Assembly (NCBI GenBank): GCA_904501965.1 | Contig: CAJGCS010000001.1 | Location: 1-33,481 of the forward strand | DNA from: an uncultured Bacilli bacterium | GTDB lineage: Bacteria > Bacillota_I > Bacilli_A > ML615J-28 > CAG-313 | Length of the DNA: 33,481 nucleotides | Direction: 5' to 3' | Part shown: one piece after another, positions 1 to 8,799 of the stretch | How positions within the stretch are numbered: position 1 is the stretch's first letter | How the letters are laid out: each line of letters begins with the position of its first letter | Made by a program: the position numbers and the translations under genes | The notes under the pieces: model-generated | Database searches by the model: none | What the model was told of the DNA's origin: nothing | The model's input: only the letters and a program-made list of their open reading frames with translations

Positions 1-2
1 CA

Positions 3-455
3 TATGGTACAAAAGAAGAAGCACTTATTAAACTTCAAAAACAAATATCAATGGGTAGAAAAGTTTCAGATAATGCCTATGTAAGAATATTCCCAGTATC
101 AATTCAACGAAGAGGATTCCATGCAACACTTTTAAGTAAAACAAAAGCAGTATCAATGATTGCAAAATTCTTAAATGATGAAAATTTAAAACAAATTGTA
201 TTCGATCAAATAGAATGGATATTTGGTAAAAACCCATTTGCAACATCAACAATGTATGGCGAAGGATATAACTATCATCCTTTATATGTTGCTTTCTCTC
301 CTCAGCTAGTCGGCGCTTTACCAGTTGGTATTATGACAAAAGATTATACTGATGAACCATATTGGCCAACAGCCACTCAAGCTGTTTATAAAGAAATTTG
401 GGGACATACTACAGGAATGTATTTGTGGGTTTTAGTCGATATTTGTAAAAATTAA
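3..455 (+). CDS. C-terminal fragment (5' end outside the window) of a GH9-like (alpha/alpha)6-barrel glycoside hydrolase
   Basis: Frame 3 is open from base 3; YGTKEEALIKLQKQIS precedes the Met listed at 51. The stop is TAA at 453-455. The tail WIFGKNPFATSTMYGEGYNYHP...GALPVGI..KDYTDE...YKEIWGHTTG has the order and spacing of the GH9 C-terminal blocks (LGxNPxxxSxxxGxG..P, GALVGGP, D.Y.D, NE(V/I) catalytic-Glu block). The call rests on motif recall only. Confidence 0.4.
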   Translation, partial: YGTKEEALIKLQKQISMGRKVSDNAYVRIFPVSIQRRGFHATLLSKTKAVSMIAKFLNDENLKQIVFDQIEWIFGKNPFATSTMYGEGYNYHPLYVAFSPQLVGALPVGIMTKDYTDEPYWPTATQAVYKEIWGHTTGMYLWVLVDICKN

Positions 456-463
456 TATATTTG

Positions 464-492
464 TTGAGAAAAAAACACAAATGTGATATAAT
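464..492 (+). promoter_or_regulatory. sigma-A-type promoter with extended -10
   Basis: TTGAGA (464-469), a 17-nt spacer ending in TGa (484-486), then TATAAT (487-492). A GAGGG RBS lies about 8 nt before the ATG at 534. Confidence 0.55.
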
Positions 493-533
493 AGTAGAGT
501 TGAAATTATATTTCAACAAAGTGAGGGTTAAAA

Positions 534-1898
534 ATGAAAAATGAAAGAAAACTATATGAATTATGTCCATCACAAAACGTTATTTTATTACAAACAAAAT
601 ATACACTTTGGCCAAAAGTAGTAAATATCGTTTTCTCAGCTTCAAAGAATGAAGAAATGGACTTTGCTTTATTAGATAAAGCATTTAATTTAGTCGTAAA
701 AAGAAACGACTGCTTACGAATTCGCTTTGTGAAACAGAATAAACAATTAATGCAATATTTCTTAGGCGAAGATGAAGTTACATTTGATAATATCGAACAC
801 CTAGAATTCCATACTGAAGAAGAACAAACTAAATTTATTGATAAAGTTCGTTCAAAAGCAATTAAGTATATGAAAGGTGAACAAATTATTCCTTATTTCA
901 TCAGAACTTTTGATGGAAAAAGTATGGTATTATTAAAAGTTAACCATATCGTACTTGATATTTATGGTATTGATTTTATTTTAAATGATCTATTCAAAGT
1001 ATATGATTGTTTAGTAGAAGGTAAAGAATTACCTGAAGCTCCAGGAAAATATGAAGAAGTTGTTATTGAAGACTTAAAGAGATTCCATAATGAATTTAGT
1101 TATAATGATTGTAAGGAATTTTTCCAAAATTATTTTGCAACTCATGAAGAACCATATTATGCTGGTATTGCAGGTGATAATGATCCAATTTGGGTAAAAC
1201 AAGTTAACAAAAACAAACGTGCTCAAAAGATGTTCTTTATTAACAATGATACAGTTGGCTATGAAAGAGAAATTTCTCCAGAAGTAGTTTTACCAGTATT
1301 AGATTTCTGTAAAGAATATAATTTATCTCCAACAACAGTATTCTTCTATGCATGTTCTTTAACTAGTGCGTTAATTAATAATAATACTACTACAATGTTA
1401 CCTTTAGAATTATGTAACTGTCGTGGTACAACACTTGAAAAAAATTGCGCAGGTTGTAAAGTACAAAGTGTAGGTAGTTTTACTGAAGTTGATTATGATA
1501 AATCATTTGTAGATAATATTCAAGCATTCTATGAAACACAAATGAAATTATATCGTAGATATTATTTCCCAGATGTTGATTTTGAAATGTTACTTCATAA
1601 AACATATCCATCTTCAATGCTTGAAACATATTATGGTATTGCATTCTCTTTTGTTCCATATATTAAGAGAAAAGATGTTGAATATTGCATTTACTCAAAT
1701 GGTAAAGGAGCTCTTCCTTGTTATCTAGTTTCTTTATTTGATGTTGAAACAAATGAAATTAGAATGGGTTATGATGTTCAAAGTAAGATTACAAAAGAAT
1801 CTGATGTTGATAGCTTCCATGCAAACTACATTGAAATCTTAAAACAAATTGTTGAAAATCCACAAAGACTTTGTAAAGAATTTAAAGTTAATAAATAA
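534..1898 (+). CDS. standalone condensation (C)-domain / CAT-fold acyltransferase-like protein
   Basis: 454-aa ORF with a GAGGG RBS. It carries a variant of the HHxxxDG active-site motif, NHIVLDIYG (about nt 947-973), at the usual ~135-aa distance from the N-terminus. The size is typical of a single C domain. No adenylation or carrier-protein domains are present nearby. Confidence 0.6.
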   Translation: MKNERKLYELCPSQNVILLQTKYTLWPKVVNIVFSASKNEEMDFALLDKAFNLVVKRNDCLRIRFVKQNKQLMQYFLGEDEVTFDNIEHLEFHTEEEQTKFIDKVRSKAIKYMKGEQIIPYFIRTFDGKSMVLLKVNHIVLDIYGIDFILNDLFKVYDCLVEGKELPEAPGKYEEVVIEDLKRFHNEFSYNDCKEFFQNYFATHEEPYYAGIAGDNDPIWVKQVNKNKRAQKMFFINNDTVGYEREISPEVVLPVLDFCKEYNLSPTTVFFYACSLTSALINNNTTTMLPLELCNCRGTTLEKNCAGCKVQSVGSFTEVDYDKSFVDNIQAFYETQMKLYRRYYFPDVDFEMLLHKTYPSSMLETYYGIAFSFVPYIKRKDVEYCIYSNGKGALPCYLVSLFDVETNEIRMGYDVQSKITKESDVDSFHANYIEILKQIVENPQRLCKEFKVNK

Positions 1899-1903
1899 TT
1901 AAA

Positions 1904-1940
1904 AAAGCACCACTATTTAAGTGGTGCTTTGTTCTTTTTG
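1904..1940. terminator. bidirectional rho-independent terminator between convergent genes
   Basis: AAAGCACCAC (1904-1913), a 7-nt loop, then GTGGTGCTTT (1921-1930) form a perfect 10-bp stem. An A-run lies upstream and a T-rich tract downstream. The stop codon of the minus-strand gene sits at the stem/loop edge. Confidence 0.8.
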
Positions 1941-2788
1941 TAAGTAACTTTAACAAATTCTTTCTTTTTCTTCTTTTCTCTTTTTGGTGCTTTTATAATT
2001 TCTTCTTCTTTATTTCTTGTTGCTAAATAGTAAATGAAATAGAAACATCCAAAATAAACAACTAAGAATACTGTATATAATACTAAGTATTCACCCCATT
2101 CAATTCCAAGTACTTTTTGGACACCATTGTTTTCCATAAAATAAAGCGGATCTTTTTCAATTTTAAGTAGATAAATTTCAATGAAAGCATATACAAAAAT
2201 TCCAACAATCATTAATAAATCTTTGCCAAATCCATTAAAGTAGCTTTCACGATAGAACTTAAACTCAGAAAAACCAAGTGTAATGATTGATATTGAAGAG
2301 ATAAATAGTAGTACGTGAGTTGCTATAGAATATACATCTTCAAATAAAATATAATCAGGTCTAAAACCTACCTCAGGTGATGCGAAGAATATAACGCAGT
2401 TAATTATTCCACACATTGCAGTCACATTGTAGAAAAATTTCTTATTTACAAGTGGCGCAAGAATAACGCACCATACACTAATTGCACACCAAGGTCTAGG
2501 AACTAGTACCCATAAGGCATAATCTAATGTTATTGTGTTTCCGTTTGTTAGGTTAATAACACGTCGTGCAATTTCAAAAAATAGCAAGCAAGCGGATAAT
2601 GCAATAATTATTGGTTTTTTTACTTTCATACTCTTTTTTCTTAAAAGTAGTGCTATTCCGATAATAATGCCAATTGTTAAAAGTAATGTAATAATATGTA
2701 ATGGGCCCCATGCAGCTGCTTTTGTAGGCTCTCCTGTTTCAGTCGGATATCTTGAATATATCCAATCTGTTATTGATAATAGAAACAT
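1913..2788 (-). CDS. polytopic integral membrane protein (possibly YwaF/TIGR02206-like) with a Lys-rich C-terminal tail
   Basis: 291-aa ORF with a strong AGGAGGGG RBS 5' of the ATG at 2788. It has about 7 hydrophobic segments and the C-terminal tail KREKKKKKEFVKVTYKKNK. It is a paralogue of the next gene; both share the pattern TM - LLR(K/N)KSxKxKK - TM. The family name is recall only. Confidence 0.7.
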   Translation of the reverse strand: MFLLSITDWIYSRYPTETGEPTKAAAWGPLHIITLLLTIGIIIGIALLLRKKSMKVKKPIIIALSACLLFFEIARRVINLTNGNTITLDYALWVLVPRPWCAISVWCVILAPLVNKKFFYNVTAMCGIINCVIFFASPEVGFRPDYILFEDVYSIATHVLLFISSISIITLGFSEFKFYRESYFNGFGKDLLMIVGIFVYAFIEIYLLKIEKDPLYFMENNGVQKVLGIEWGEYLVLYTVFLVVYFGCFYFIYYLATRNKEEEIIKAPKREKKKKKEFVKVTYKKNKAPLK

Positions 2789-2803
2789 TTTCCCCTCCTA
2801 GTA

Positions 2804-3682
2804 TTATTTCTTTTTTAAATTTTCGATTTTCTTAAATAGTATTGCGACATCATGTTTGAATGATTTAAAATCAAATATTAAAGATAAACTAAAACAAAGT
2901 GGAGTAAGCACAGTATATGCCGGAACAATTAACCAAAACCATGGCCAATGTTTAAATTCACCCGCATGTTCTCCAACAGGAACAATCTTAAAGATGTTTG
3001 GACATAAATAAGAAAGTATATTTCCAATTGCTTTTGTTCCTGGATGTTCTCCAGGTCCCCAAATTAATGAAGTGTTCTTATAGTTCGGAAAGAAGAAATT
3101 ATCATCTCTTAAAGGAACAAAACCAACTTCACTTTGGAAAATTTGATTTATAATAATAAAGACTAGTACCGCAAGTAAAATTCCAGGAATCTTAATAGCG
3201 TTTTTATAACTAGGTTTGTGAAGTTTTAAAACAACCATTAGTAAAGGTACAATAAGTAAAATTGAATGATGAATATAGAATCTAATAATATCTAGTGTTT
3301 CTGCTTGCTGATTTATTTTTGCAAGTGGTTCCATTGGGTATATTAAAGATATTGCTCCACTTATTATTCCAATATAAAACATATAATCTTTCAAAGCTTT
3401 ATTTTTAGAAATAAAGATAAAAGGAAATAACAAAATGTTTGCTGCACAAATATTAATAAACCAAATATCACTATAAAGTCTATATGGATTGTTAGAATAA
3501 GGTGGGAAGAAACACTTTGCGAAGTGTAATATTAAAGCAAAAACTAAAATTGAAAATAAAACTATTTTCTTTGTTTTGTCTGATTTATTTCTTAATAAAA
3601 AATATAACCCAACAAATACTCCACCAGATAACAAAATCCAAAAGAAGTACCAAAAGTTAGGTGGACTAATACTAATGAACAT
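2804..3682 (-). CDS. polytopic integral membrane protein, paralogue of 1913..2788
   Basis: The track ORF runs to 3700 (MYEGWVM...). The internal ATG at 3682 (MFISISPP...) is preceded by GAGGGA 6 nt upstream, whereas the ATG at 3700 has only a distant AGGA. I therefore prefer 3682 as the start. The protein has multiple TM helices and the tail KKIENLKKK. Confidence 0.65.
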   Translation of the reverse strand: MFISISPPNFWYFFWILLSGGVFVGLYFLLRNKSDKTKKIVLFSILVFALILHFAKCFFPPYSNNPYRLYSDIWFINICAANILLFPFIFISKNKALKDYMFYIGIISGAISLIYPMEPLAKINQQAETLDIIRFYIHHSILLIVPLLMVVLKLHKPSYKNAIKIPGILLAVLVFIIINQIFQSEVGFVPLRDDNFFFPNYKNTSLIWGPGEHPGTKAIGNILSYLCPNIFKIVPVGEHAGEFKHWPWFWLIVPAYTVLTPLCFSLSLIFDFKSFKHDVAILFKKIENLKKK

Positions 3683-3815
3683 AACCCATCCCTCATACAT
3701 AGTTGTCTATAATTCCTAAACATATTATCATAAAATACAAATTTCTTCAAGATTGATTTTTCTAAGTAGCATATTAAAAGGTGTAAGATGCATATGATTA
3801 TATGGTGATGTTTTA

Positions 3816-5087
3816 ATGAAGTATTATTTAGTAGGTATCAAAGGAACGGGAATGACAAGTCTTGCATGTTTATTAAAAGATTCTGGACATTTTGTAGTTG
3901 GAAGTGATGTTGATGATGAATTTTTCACTGATGAAATATTAAAAAAGAAGAAGATTGAAGTATTAAGCTTTTCTAATAAAAATATCACTCCAGAATATAC
4001 ATATATAATAGGGAATGCATTTGATGAAAAATGTGAGGAAGTTGCTAAAATAATTTTAAATGATTTTGAGTATTATTATTATCATGATTTTATTGGTAAA
4101 ATATTAGATAAGAACTTAATTTGTATAGCTGGAACTCATGGCAAAACAACTACCTCATATCTTCTTTCACAAATGCTTAATAAGAATTCTTCGTATATCA
4201 TTGGTGATGGAAGTGGATACGGAACGAATGTAACACACTATTTAGTTTTAGAAGCATGTGAATATAAAGACCACTTCCTGTCATATAGTTCATTGATTGC
4301 TCTTATTACAAATATTGAGTTAGATCATCCAGATTATTTTAAAAACATTAAACAAGTAATATCATCATTTCAAAAATTCTCTAATAAATCTAAAACATTA
4401 ATAGTGAATGGTGATGACGTAAATGCTCGAAAGTTAAGACATAAAAATAAAATTTCATTTGGATTTGAAGATTATAATGACTATATAATTAAGATAGTCA
4501 AAGAAAAGAATAATGGATATGATATTTTACTTTTAGAAAAAAGAACAAATAAAAAGTATAAATACTTTATTCCTTTTCTTGGTAAGCATATGATATATGA
4601 TTATATTGGCGGTGTTATTGTATGTATTATATTAGGTATTATGCCATATACAAATAATTTAGAATTACCAAAAAGAAGATTAAAAAGTTATGAATATGGG
4701 AATACTATTTTAATTGATGATTATGCACACCATCCCACTGAAATAAGGAGTCTATATGAAACCTTACATTTAAGCTATCCGAATACAAAAATTAAAGTAA
4801 TCTTTCAACCGCATACCTATACAAGAACACTAGAATTTTGTGAAGGGTTTAATAAAGCCCTAAGTTTATTTGATGATGTTTACATAGAAAAAGTATTTAC
4901 ATCGGCACGAGAACCATACAATGAAAATTTAGAAGAAGAAGTAATTAAGTGTTTTTCAAATTATAAAAGGTTTAATATTGATGTTTTAAAAAATGTAAAA
5001 AAAGAAAGAAAAGAAGTATTGGTGTTTCTTGGGGCTGGTCGAATAAATAAATATATAAAACAAATAATTAATGAAAAAGAAGTTTAG
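3816..5087 (+). CDS. murC: UDP-N-acetylmuramate--L-alanine ligase
   Basis: The N-terminus YLVGIKGTGMTSLACLLKDSGHFVVGSD is the Firmicutes MurC Rossmann motif (GIKGTGMS). The P-loop is GTHGKTTTS. YTYIIGNAF, DHPDYF and DDYAHHPTEI are Mur-ligase blocks. The 423-aa length fits. Confidence 0.9.
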   Translation: MKYYLVGIKGTGMTSLACLLKDSGHFVVGSDVDDEFFTDEILKKKKIEVLSFSNKNITPEYTYIIGNAFDEKCEEVAKIILNDFEYYYYHDFIGKILDKNLICIAGTHGKTTTSYLLSQMLNKNSSYIIGDGSGYGTNVTHYLVLEACEYKDHFLSYSSLIALITNIELDHPDYFKNIKQVISSFQKFSNKSKTLIVNGDDVNARKLRHKNKISFGFEDYNDYIIKIVKEKNNGYDILLLEKRTNKKYKYFIPFLGKHMIYDYIGGVIVCIILGIMPYTNNLELPKRRLKSYEYGNTILIDDYAHHPTEIRSLYETLHLSYPNTKIKVIFQPHTYTRTLEFCEGFNKALSLFDDVYIEKVFTSAREPYNENLEEEVIKCFSNYKRFNIDVLKNVKKERKEVLVFLGAGRINKYIKQIINEKEV

Positions 5088-5110
5088 TGAAAACGCTAAA
5101 CTTTTATTTT
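5081..5110 (+). terminator. weak AT-rich hairpin + T-tract after murC
   Basis: AGTTTAG (5081-5087), an 8-nt loop, then CTAAACT (5096-5102), followed by TTTATTTTC. The stem is only 7 bp and includes the murC stop codon. Confidence 0.4.
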
Positions 5111-5118
5111 CATTTTAT

Positions 5119-5147
5119 TTGTGCTTTGCCTTTTAAAATGATATAAT
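5119..5147 (+). promoter_or_regulatory. candidate extended -10 promoter for the LacI-family gene
   Basis: TGaTATAAT at 5139-5147 with a poor -35, TTGTGC (5119-5124), at 17-nt spacing. Confidence 0.45.
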
Positions 5148-5192
5148 ATATATGTAGAAGGTTGAAATTTTTTGGAAAAGGAGTGTTATAAA

Positions 5193-6236
5193 ATGAGAAA
5201 TTCAGTAAAGAATGAAAATCGTTACAGTAGCCAAATTAAAATTTATGATGTTGCTGGAAGAGCTGGTGTTTCACTTGCAACGGTATCTCGTGTATTAAAT
5301 CACCCCGAAAAAGTAAAGGCTGGTACACGTGAGAAAATCGAGAAAATTATTCGTGAATTAGATTATAAACCTAATCTTAATGCTAAAGGCTTAGCTAGTT
5401 CTAAATCTACAACAGTTGCTGTTGTTGTACCAGAATTAACAAGAAGTTCAATTGCAGGTATGGTTGATGGTATAGCAGATTGCGCTATGCGTAGAGGCTA
5501 TTTATTAAGACTATTCGTTAATCATCCTTCAAAAGAAGAAGGGCAAGGAATGTCATCTGAACATAATTTATGGGGAGAAGTTCTTGCAAGTAGCGTTGAT
5601 GGAGTTTTATATATCAATGATGAAATTACTGAAGAACACCTAGAAATTATTAGAGATGTTAATGTTAACGTTGTTTTAACAAATACAGTATGTAGCGATG
5701 ATTCAGTACCTAGTGTATCAATTGATTATAAAAAAGCAGCATATGAAATTACTAATGAAATGATTAAAAAAGGTAATAAGAAAATTTGGATTATTACATC
5801 ACTGAGAAAATATGTTGTTAATGATTTAAAAGTAGAAGGTTATTTAGAAGCTATGAATGAGGCTGGTTTAGAACCAAGAGTTATTAGTGTTCCTGGTAAA
5901 ATCGGCGCTCATGAAAAAGAATATTATGAGTTATTATCTAAAGAACATCCAGATGTTGCAATTGTTGTTCGTGACTCAATGGCTGTTTCATTTATTAATG
6001 TTGCTCGTAATCTACATATTCATATTCCAGAAGAATTGCAAGTAGTTGGATTCCAAAATACTAAATATGCTGAGTTATCTAGACCAACTTTAACATGTAT
6101 TAATACTCCAATTTATGAAATTGGTGAAGAAGCAATGAACTTATTAACTGAATTAATGGAAAGTGAAGAAGATATAGAAGATACAAAAAAACTTGTTGAT
6201 TATAATGTTGTAAGACGAGAATCAACAAGAAACTAA
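5193..6236 (+). CDS. LacI-family transcriptional regulator (CcpA-like)
   Basis: HTH motif IYDVAGRAGVSLATVSRVLN, then REKIEKIIRELDYKPNLNAKGLAS and a periplasmic-binding-protein-type sugar-sensor domain. The track start at 5172 is TTG. The ATG at 5193 sits 10 nt after AAAGGAG (5176-5182) and is preferred. I cannot tell from sequence alone whether this is the CcpA orthologue or a local regulator. Confidence 0.85.
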   Translation: MRNSVKNENRYSSQIKIYDVAGRAGVSLATVSRVLNHPEKVKAGTREKIEKIIRELDYKPNLNAKGLASSKSTTVAVVVPELTRSSIAGMVDGIADCAMRRGYLLRLFVNHPSKEEGQGMSSEHNLWGEVLASSVDGVLYINDEITEEHLEIIRDVNVNVVLTNTVCSDDSVPSVSIDYKKAAYEITNEMIKKGNKKIWIITSLRKYVVNDLKVEGYLEAMNEAGLEPRVISVPGKIGAHEKEYYELLSKEHPDVAIVVRDSMAVSFINVARNLHIHIPEELQVVGFQNTKYAELSRPTLTCINTPIYEIGEEAMNLLTELMESEEDIEDTKKLVDYNVVRRESTRN

Positions 6237-6254
6237 TAACTATTTAGTAGCTTA

Positions 6255-6460
6255 ATAATGGTAATGTAGAGATCGTTTGTTTGGTGAAAAAACGACAAGT
6301 TATGATGCGAATTATGTATAATTTAATACTCATAAAGCGCAGGATTTTATCTCCTGAATTAAGGTGGTACCGCGGGTATTTTAAAAGAATTGCTCGTCCT
6401 TAAAAAGAAAGTTTAGTTTATGTTATAGCAACTTTACATCTTTTTAAGGACTTTTATTTA
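6255..6460 (+). promoter_or_regulatory. T-box riboswitch leader (tRNA-Tyr-sensing, by context)
   Basis: AGAGA GA-motif (6267-6271). Distal stem I pairs TCGTT/AACGA with a GGTGAAA loop (6282-6288). Stem III is CAGGA...TCCTG (6340-6356). The canonical T-box sequence AAGGTGGTACCGCG lies at 6361-6374. An intrinsic terminator follows, and the downstream gene is tyrS. Candidate Tyr specifier codons are UAU (6317-6319, followed by A) and UAC (6327-6329). I could not fold the specifier loop confidently. Confidence 0.9.
6396..6459 (+). terminator. T-box attenuator terminator
   Basis: GTCCTTAAAAAG (6396-6407) pairs perfectly with CTTTTTAAGGAC (6440-6451). The stem is extended by AAAGTT/AACTTT and followed by TTTTATTT. 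It lies 25 nt before the tyrS ATG. Confidence 0.85.
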
Positions 6461-6483
6461 TATAGAGAAAGGACAATATACTT

Positions 6484-7716
6484 ATGAATTTATTCGAAGA
6501 ATTAAAATGGCGTGAACTTATTCACAATGTTACAGATGAGGAAATAATCGATAAGATAAATAATGGTGGGTTAACATTTTATTTAGGAGCTGACCCTACT
6601 GGTGATAGTTTACATGTAGGACATTTATTAGTTTACATCTTTAGTAAAAGACTTGAAAAACATGGACATCATCCAATATTCTTAATTGGGGGTGCAACTG
6701 GATTTATCGGTGATCCTAAACCTACAGCTGAACGTCAACTTTTATCGGCTGAAACAATTAAGAGAAATGCAGAAAAGATTACTGCACAAGTAAATAAATT
6801 ATTTGAATGTAAGACAGTAAATAACTATGATTGGACACATCAATTAGATATTTTAACATTCTTAAGAGAATATGGTAAATTATTTAATGTTAATTATATG
6901 ATTAATAAAGATACTGTAAAAAGTAGACTTGATAGTGGTATTTCATTTACTGAATTTACATATCAAATTTTACAAGCTTTAGACTTTGAACATTTATACA
7001 AAGCAGAAGGCTGTACTTTACAAGTAGGTGGACAAGACCAATGGGGTAATATTACAGGTGGACTTGAGTTAATTCGTAAAATTCATGGTTTTGACGCAAA
7101 AGCATATGGCGTTACTGTCCCTCTATTTACAAAATCAGATGGTACTAAATTTGGTAAAACAGAAGGCGGAGCTATATGGCTAGATCCTGAGAAAACATCT
7201 CCATATGCTTTCTACCAATTCTGGTATAATACACCTGATGCAGATGTAATTAAAGAATTAAAACAATTTACATTCTTAACAAAAGAAGAAATAGAAGAAC
7301 TTGAAACTTCATTTAATGAAGCACCTCATTTAAGAGCTGCTCAAAAAGCTCTTGCTGCTGAAATGACAAGAATGATTCATGGAGAAGCTGCTCTTGAACA
7401 AGCTATAAATTTATCACAAGCATTATTTAGTGGTAAAGTTGGTTCTTTAACAAAAGAAGAAATTGCCATGGGCTTTGAAGGTGTGCCAACACAAGAAATC
7501 TCAGAAAATATAAATTTAATTGATGCTTTAATGAGCGTTAAAGCAGCTTCATCTAAACGTGAAGCACGTGACTTTATTAATGGTGGTGCTGTTTTAGTAA
7601 ACGGTGTTCAAGTAAAAGATTTAGAATATGTTGTTTCTAAAGAAACTGCTATTGGTAATGAATATACAGTAATTAGAAGAGGAAAGAAAAACTATTACTT
7701 AATTAAACATCAATAA
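6484..7716 (+). CDS. tyrS: tyrosine--tRNA ligase
   Basis: HIGH motif HVGHL, KMSKS motif KFGKT, GGQDQWGNI, and a C-terminal S4-like domain (REARDFINGGAVLVNG). An AAAGGA RBS is present. Confidence 0.95.
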   Translation: MNLFEELKWRELIHNVTDEEIIDKINNGGLTFYLGADPTGDSLHVGHLLVYIFSKRLEKHGHHPIFLIGGATGFIGDPKPTAERQLLSAETIKRNAEKITAQVNKLFECKTVNNYDWTHQLDILTFLREYGKLFNVNYMINKDTVKSRLDSGISFTEFTYQILQALDFEHLYKAEGCTLQVGGQDQWGNITGGLELIRKIHGFDAKAYGVTVPLFTKSDGTKFGKTEGGAIWLDPEKTSPYAFYQFWYNTPDADVIKELKQFTFLTKEEIEELETSFNEAPHLRAAQKALAAEMTRMIHGEAALEQAINLSQALFSGKVGSLTKEEIAMGFEGVPTQEISENINLIDALMSVKAASSKREARDFINGGAVLVNGVQVKDLEYVVSKETAIGNEYTVIRRGKKNYYLIKHQ

Positions 7717-7730
7717 GAAAGAAGGATTGT

Positions 7731-8798
7731 ATGCCTGTAAAAGAATTTAATGATATTATTAGAAAAGCAATAAATGAAGAAAAATTGCCAGGCGCAAATT
7801 ATGTTATTGTAACAAAGAAGAAAAAACATTTCGGTAGTATTGGCCATAAGGCATTAGTTCCATTTATTGAAGAAAACAATATAGATACTCTTTATGATAT
7901 TGCATCAATGTCAAAAGTTATTTCTACTACTTCATGTGCTATGAAACTTGTAGAAAGTGGAAAGATTAGATTATTTGATCCAGTTAAAAGATATATTCCA
8001 GAATTCAAACATGGAAACGTACGCATCTATGACCTTATGACACACACATCAGGAATTAGACCATATTTAGCTGGCGCTGCTAGTATGAAAGATGAATCTG
8101 AAGTTTGGAATAGTATTTTAGAACTTGAATTAGAATATGAAAAAGGTTCAAAAATTCTTTATTCTTGCATTAACTATATTATCTTAGGTAAGCTAATAGA
8201 ACGTGTTAGTGGTATGAAACTTGATGAATTTGCTAAAGAAAATATCTTTATTCCACTTGAAATGAATAGTACATGTTATAACCCAAGCAATATTGAACGT
8301 TGTGCTCCAACAGAAGAACGACGTGATTCTGTTTATCAAGGTGTTTTAAGAGGAAGAGTACATGATGAAATGGCTTATGCTCTTCATGGTGTAAGTGGGA
8401 ATGCGGGCGTATTTTCTTGCGTAGAAGATATTAGTCATTTTATTGAAATGATTCTAAATGATGGTGTTTACAAAGGTAAAAGAATTTTTTCAAAAGCAAC
8501 AATTGATCTATTCTATACACCACAAGTAAAAGAAACACATGGTGTTTACTTAACTGAAGAACTTCGTAGTATCGGTTGGATTGTAAGAGGTGCGAATTCA
8601 TCTGCCGGTGAACTTACAAGTGAAGAAACAATTCTTCATACTGGTTTTACTGGAACTAATATTTGGATTGATAGAAAAAATAAAATTGGTTTCTGCATGT
8701 TAACTAATAGAGTTCATCCTACAAGAGATAATGGCCCTACAGCTTCATTAAGACCTCGTCTTGCAAACTATATAATTTCACATATCGAGGAATACTAA
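7731..8798 (+). CDS. cytoplasmic beta-lactamase-fold serine hydrolase (PBP4*/AmiE/EstB-like)
   Basis: SxxK nucleophile motif SMSK, YSCINYIILG (the YxN block), and HTGFTG (the KTG-equivalent). No signal peptide is present. It starts 14 nt after the tyrS stop with a GAAGGA RBS. Confidence 0.8.
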   Translation: MPVKEFNDIIRKAINEEKLPGANYVIVTKKKKHFGSIGHKALVPFIEENNIDTLYDIASMSKVISTTSCAMKLVESGKIRLFDPVKRYIPEFKHGNVRIYDLMTHTSGIRPYLAGAASMKDESEVWNSILELELEYEKGSKILYSCINYIILGKLIERVSGMKLDEFAKENIFIPLEMNSTCYNPSNIERCAPTEERRDSVYQGVLRGRVHDEMAYALHGVSGNAGVFSCVEDISHFIEMILNDGVYKGKRIFSKATIDLFYTPQVKETHGVYLTEELRSIGWIVRGANSSAGELTSEETILHTGFTGTNIWIDRKNKIGFCMLTNRVHPTRDNGPTASLRPRLANYIISHIEEY

Positions 8799-8799
8799 G

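Noticed and set aside
5172-5192. TTG start given by the ORF track for the LacI-family gene.
   Set aside because: The AAAGGAG RBS lies inside this extension and is correctly spaced for the ATG at 5193, so the extension is probably not translated.
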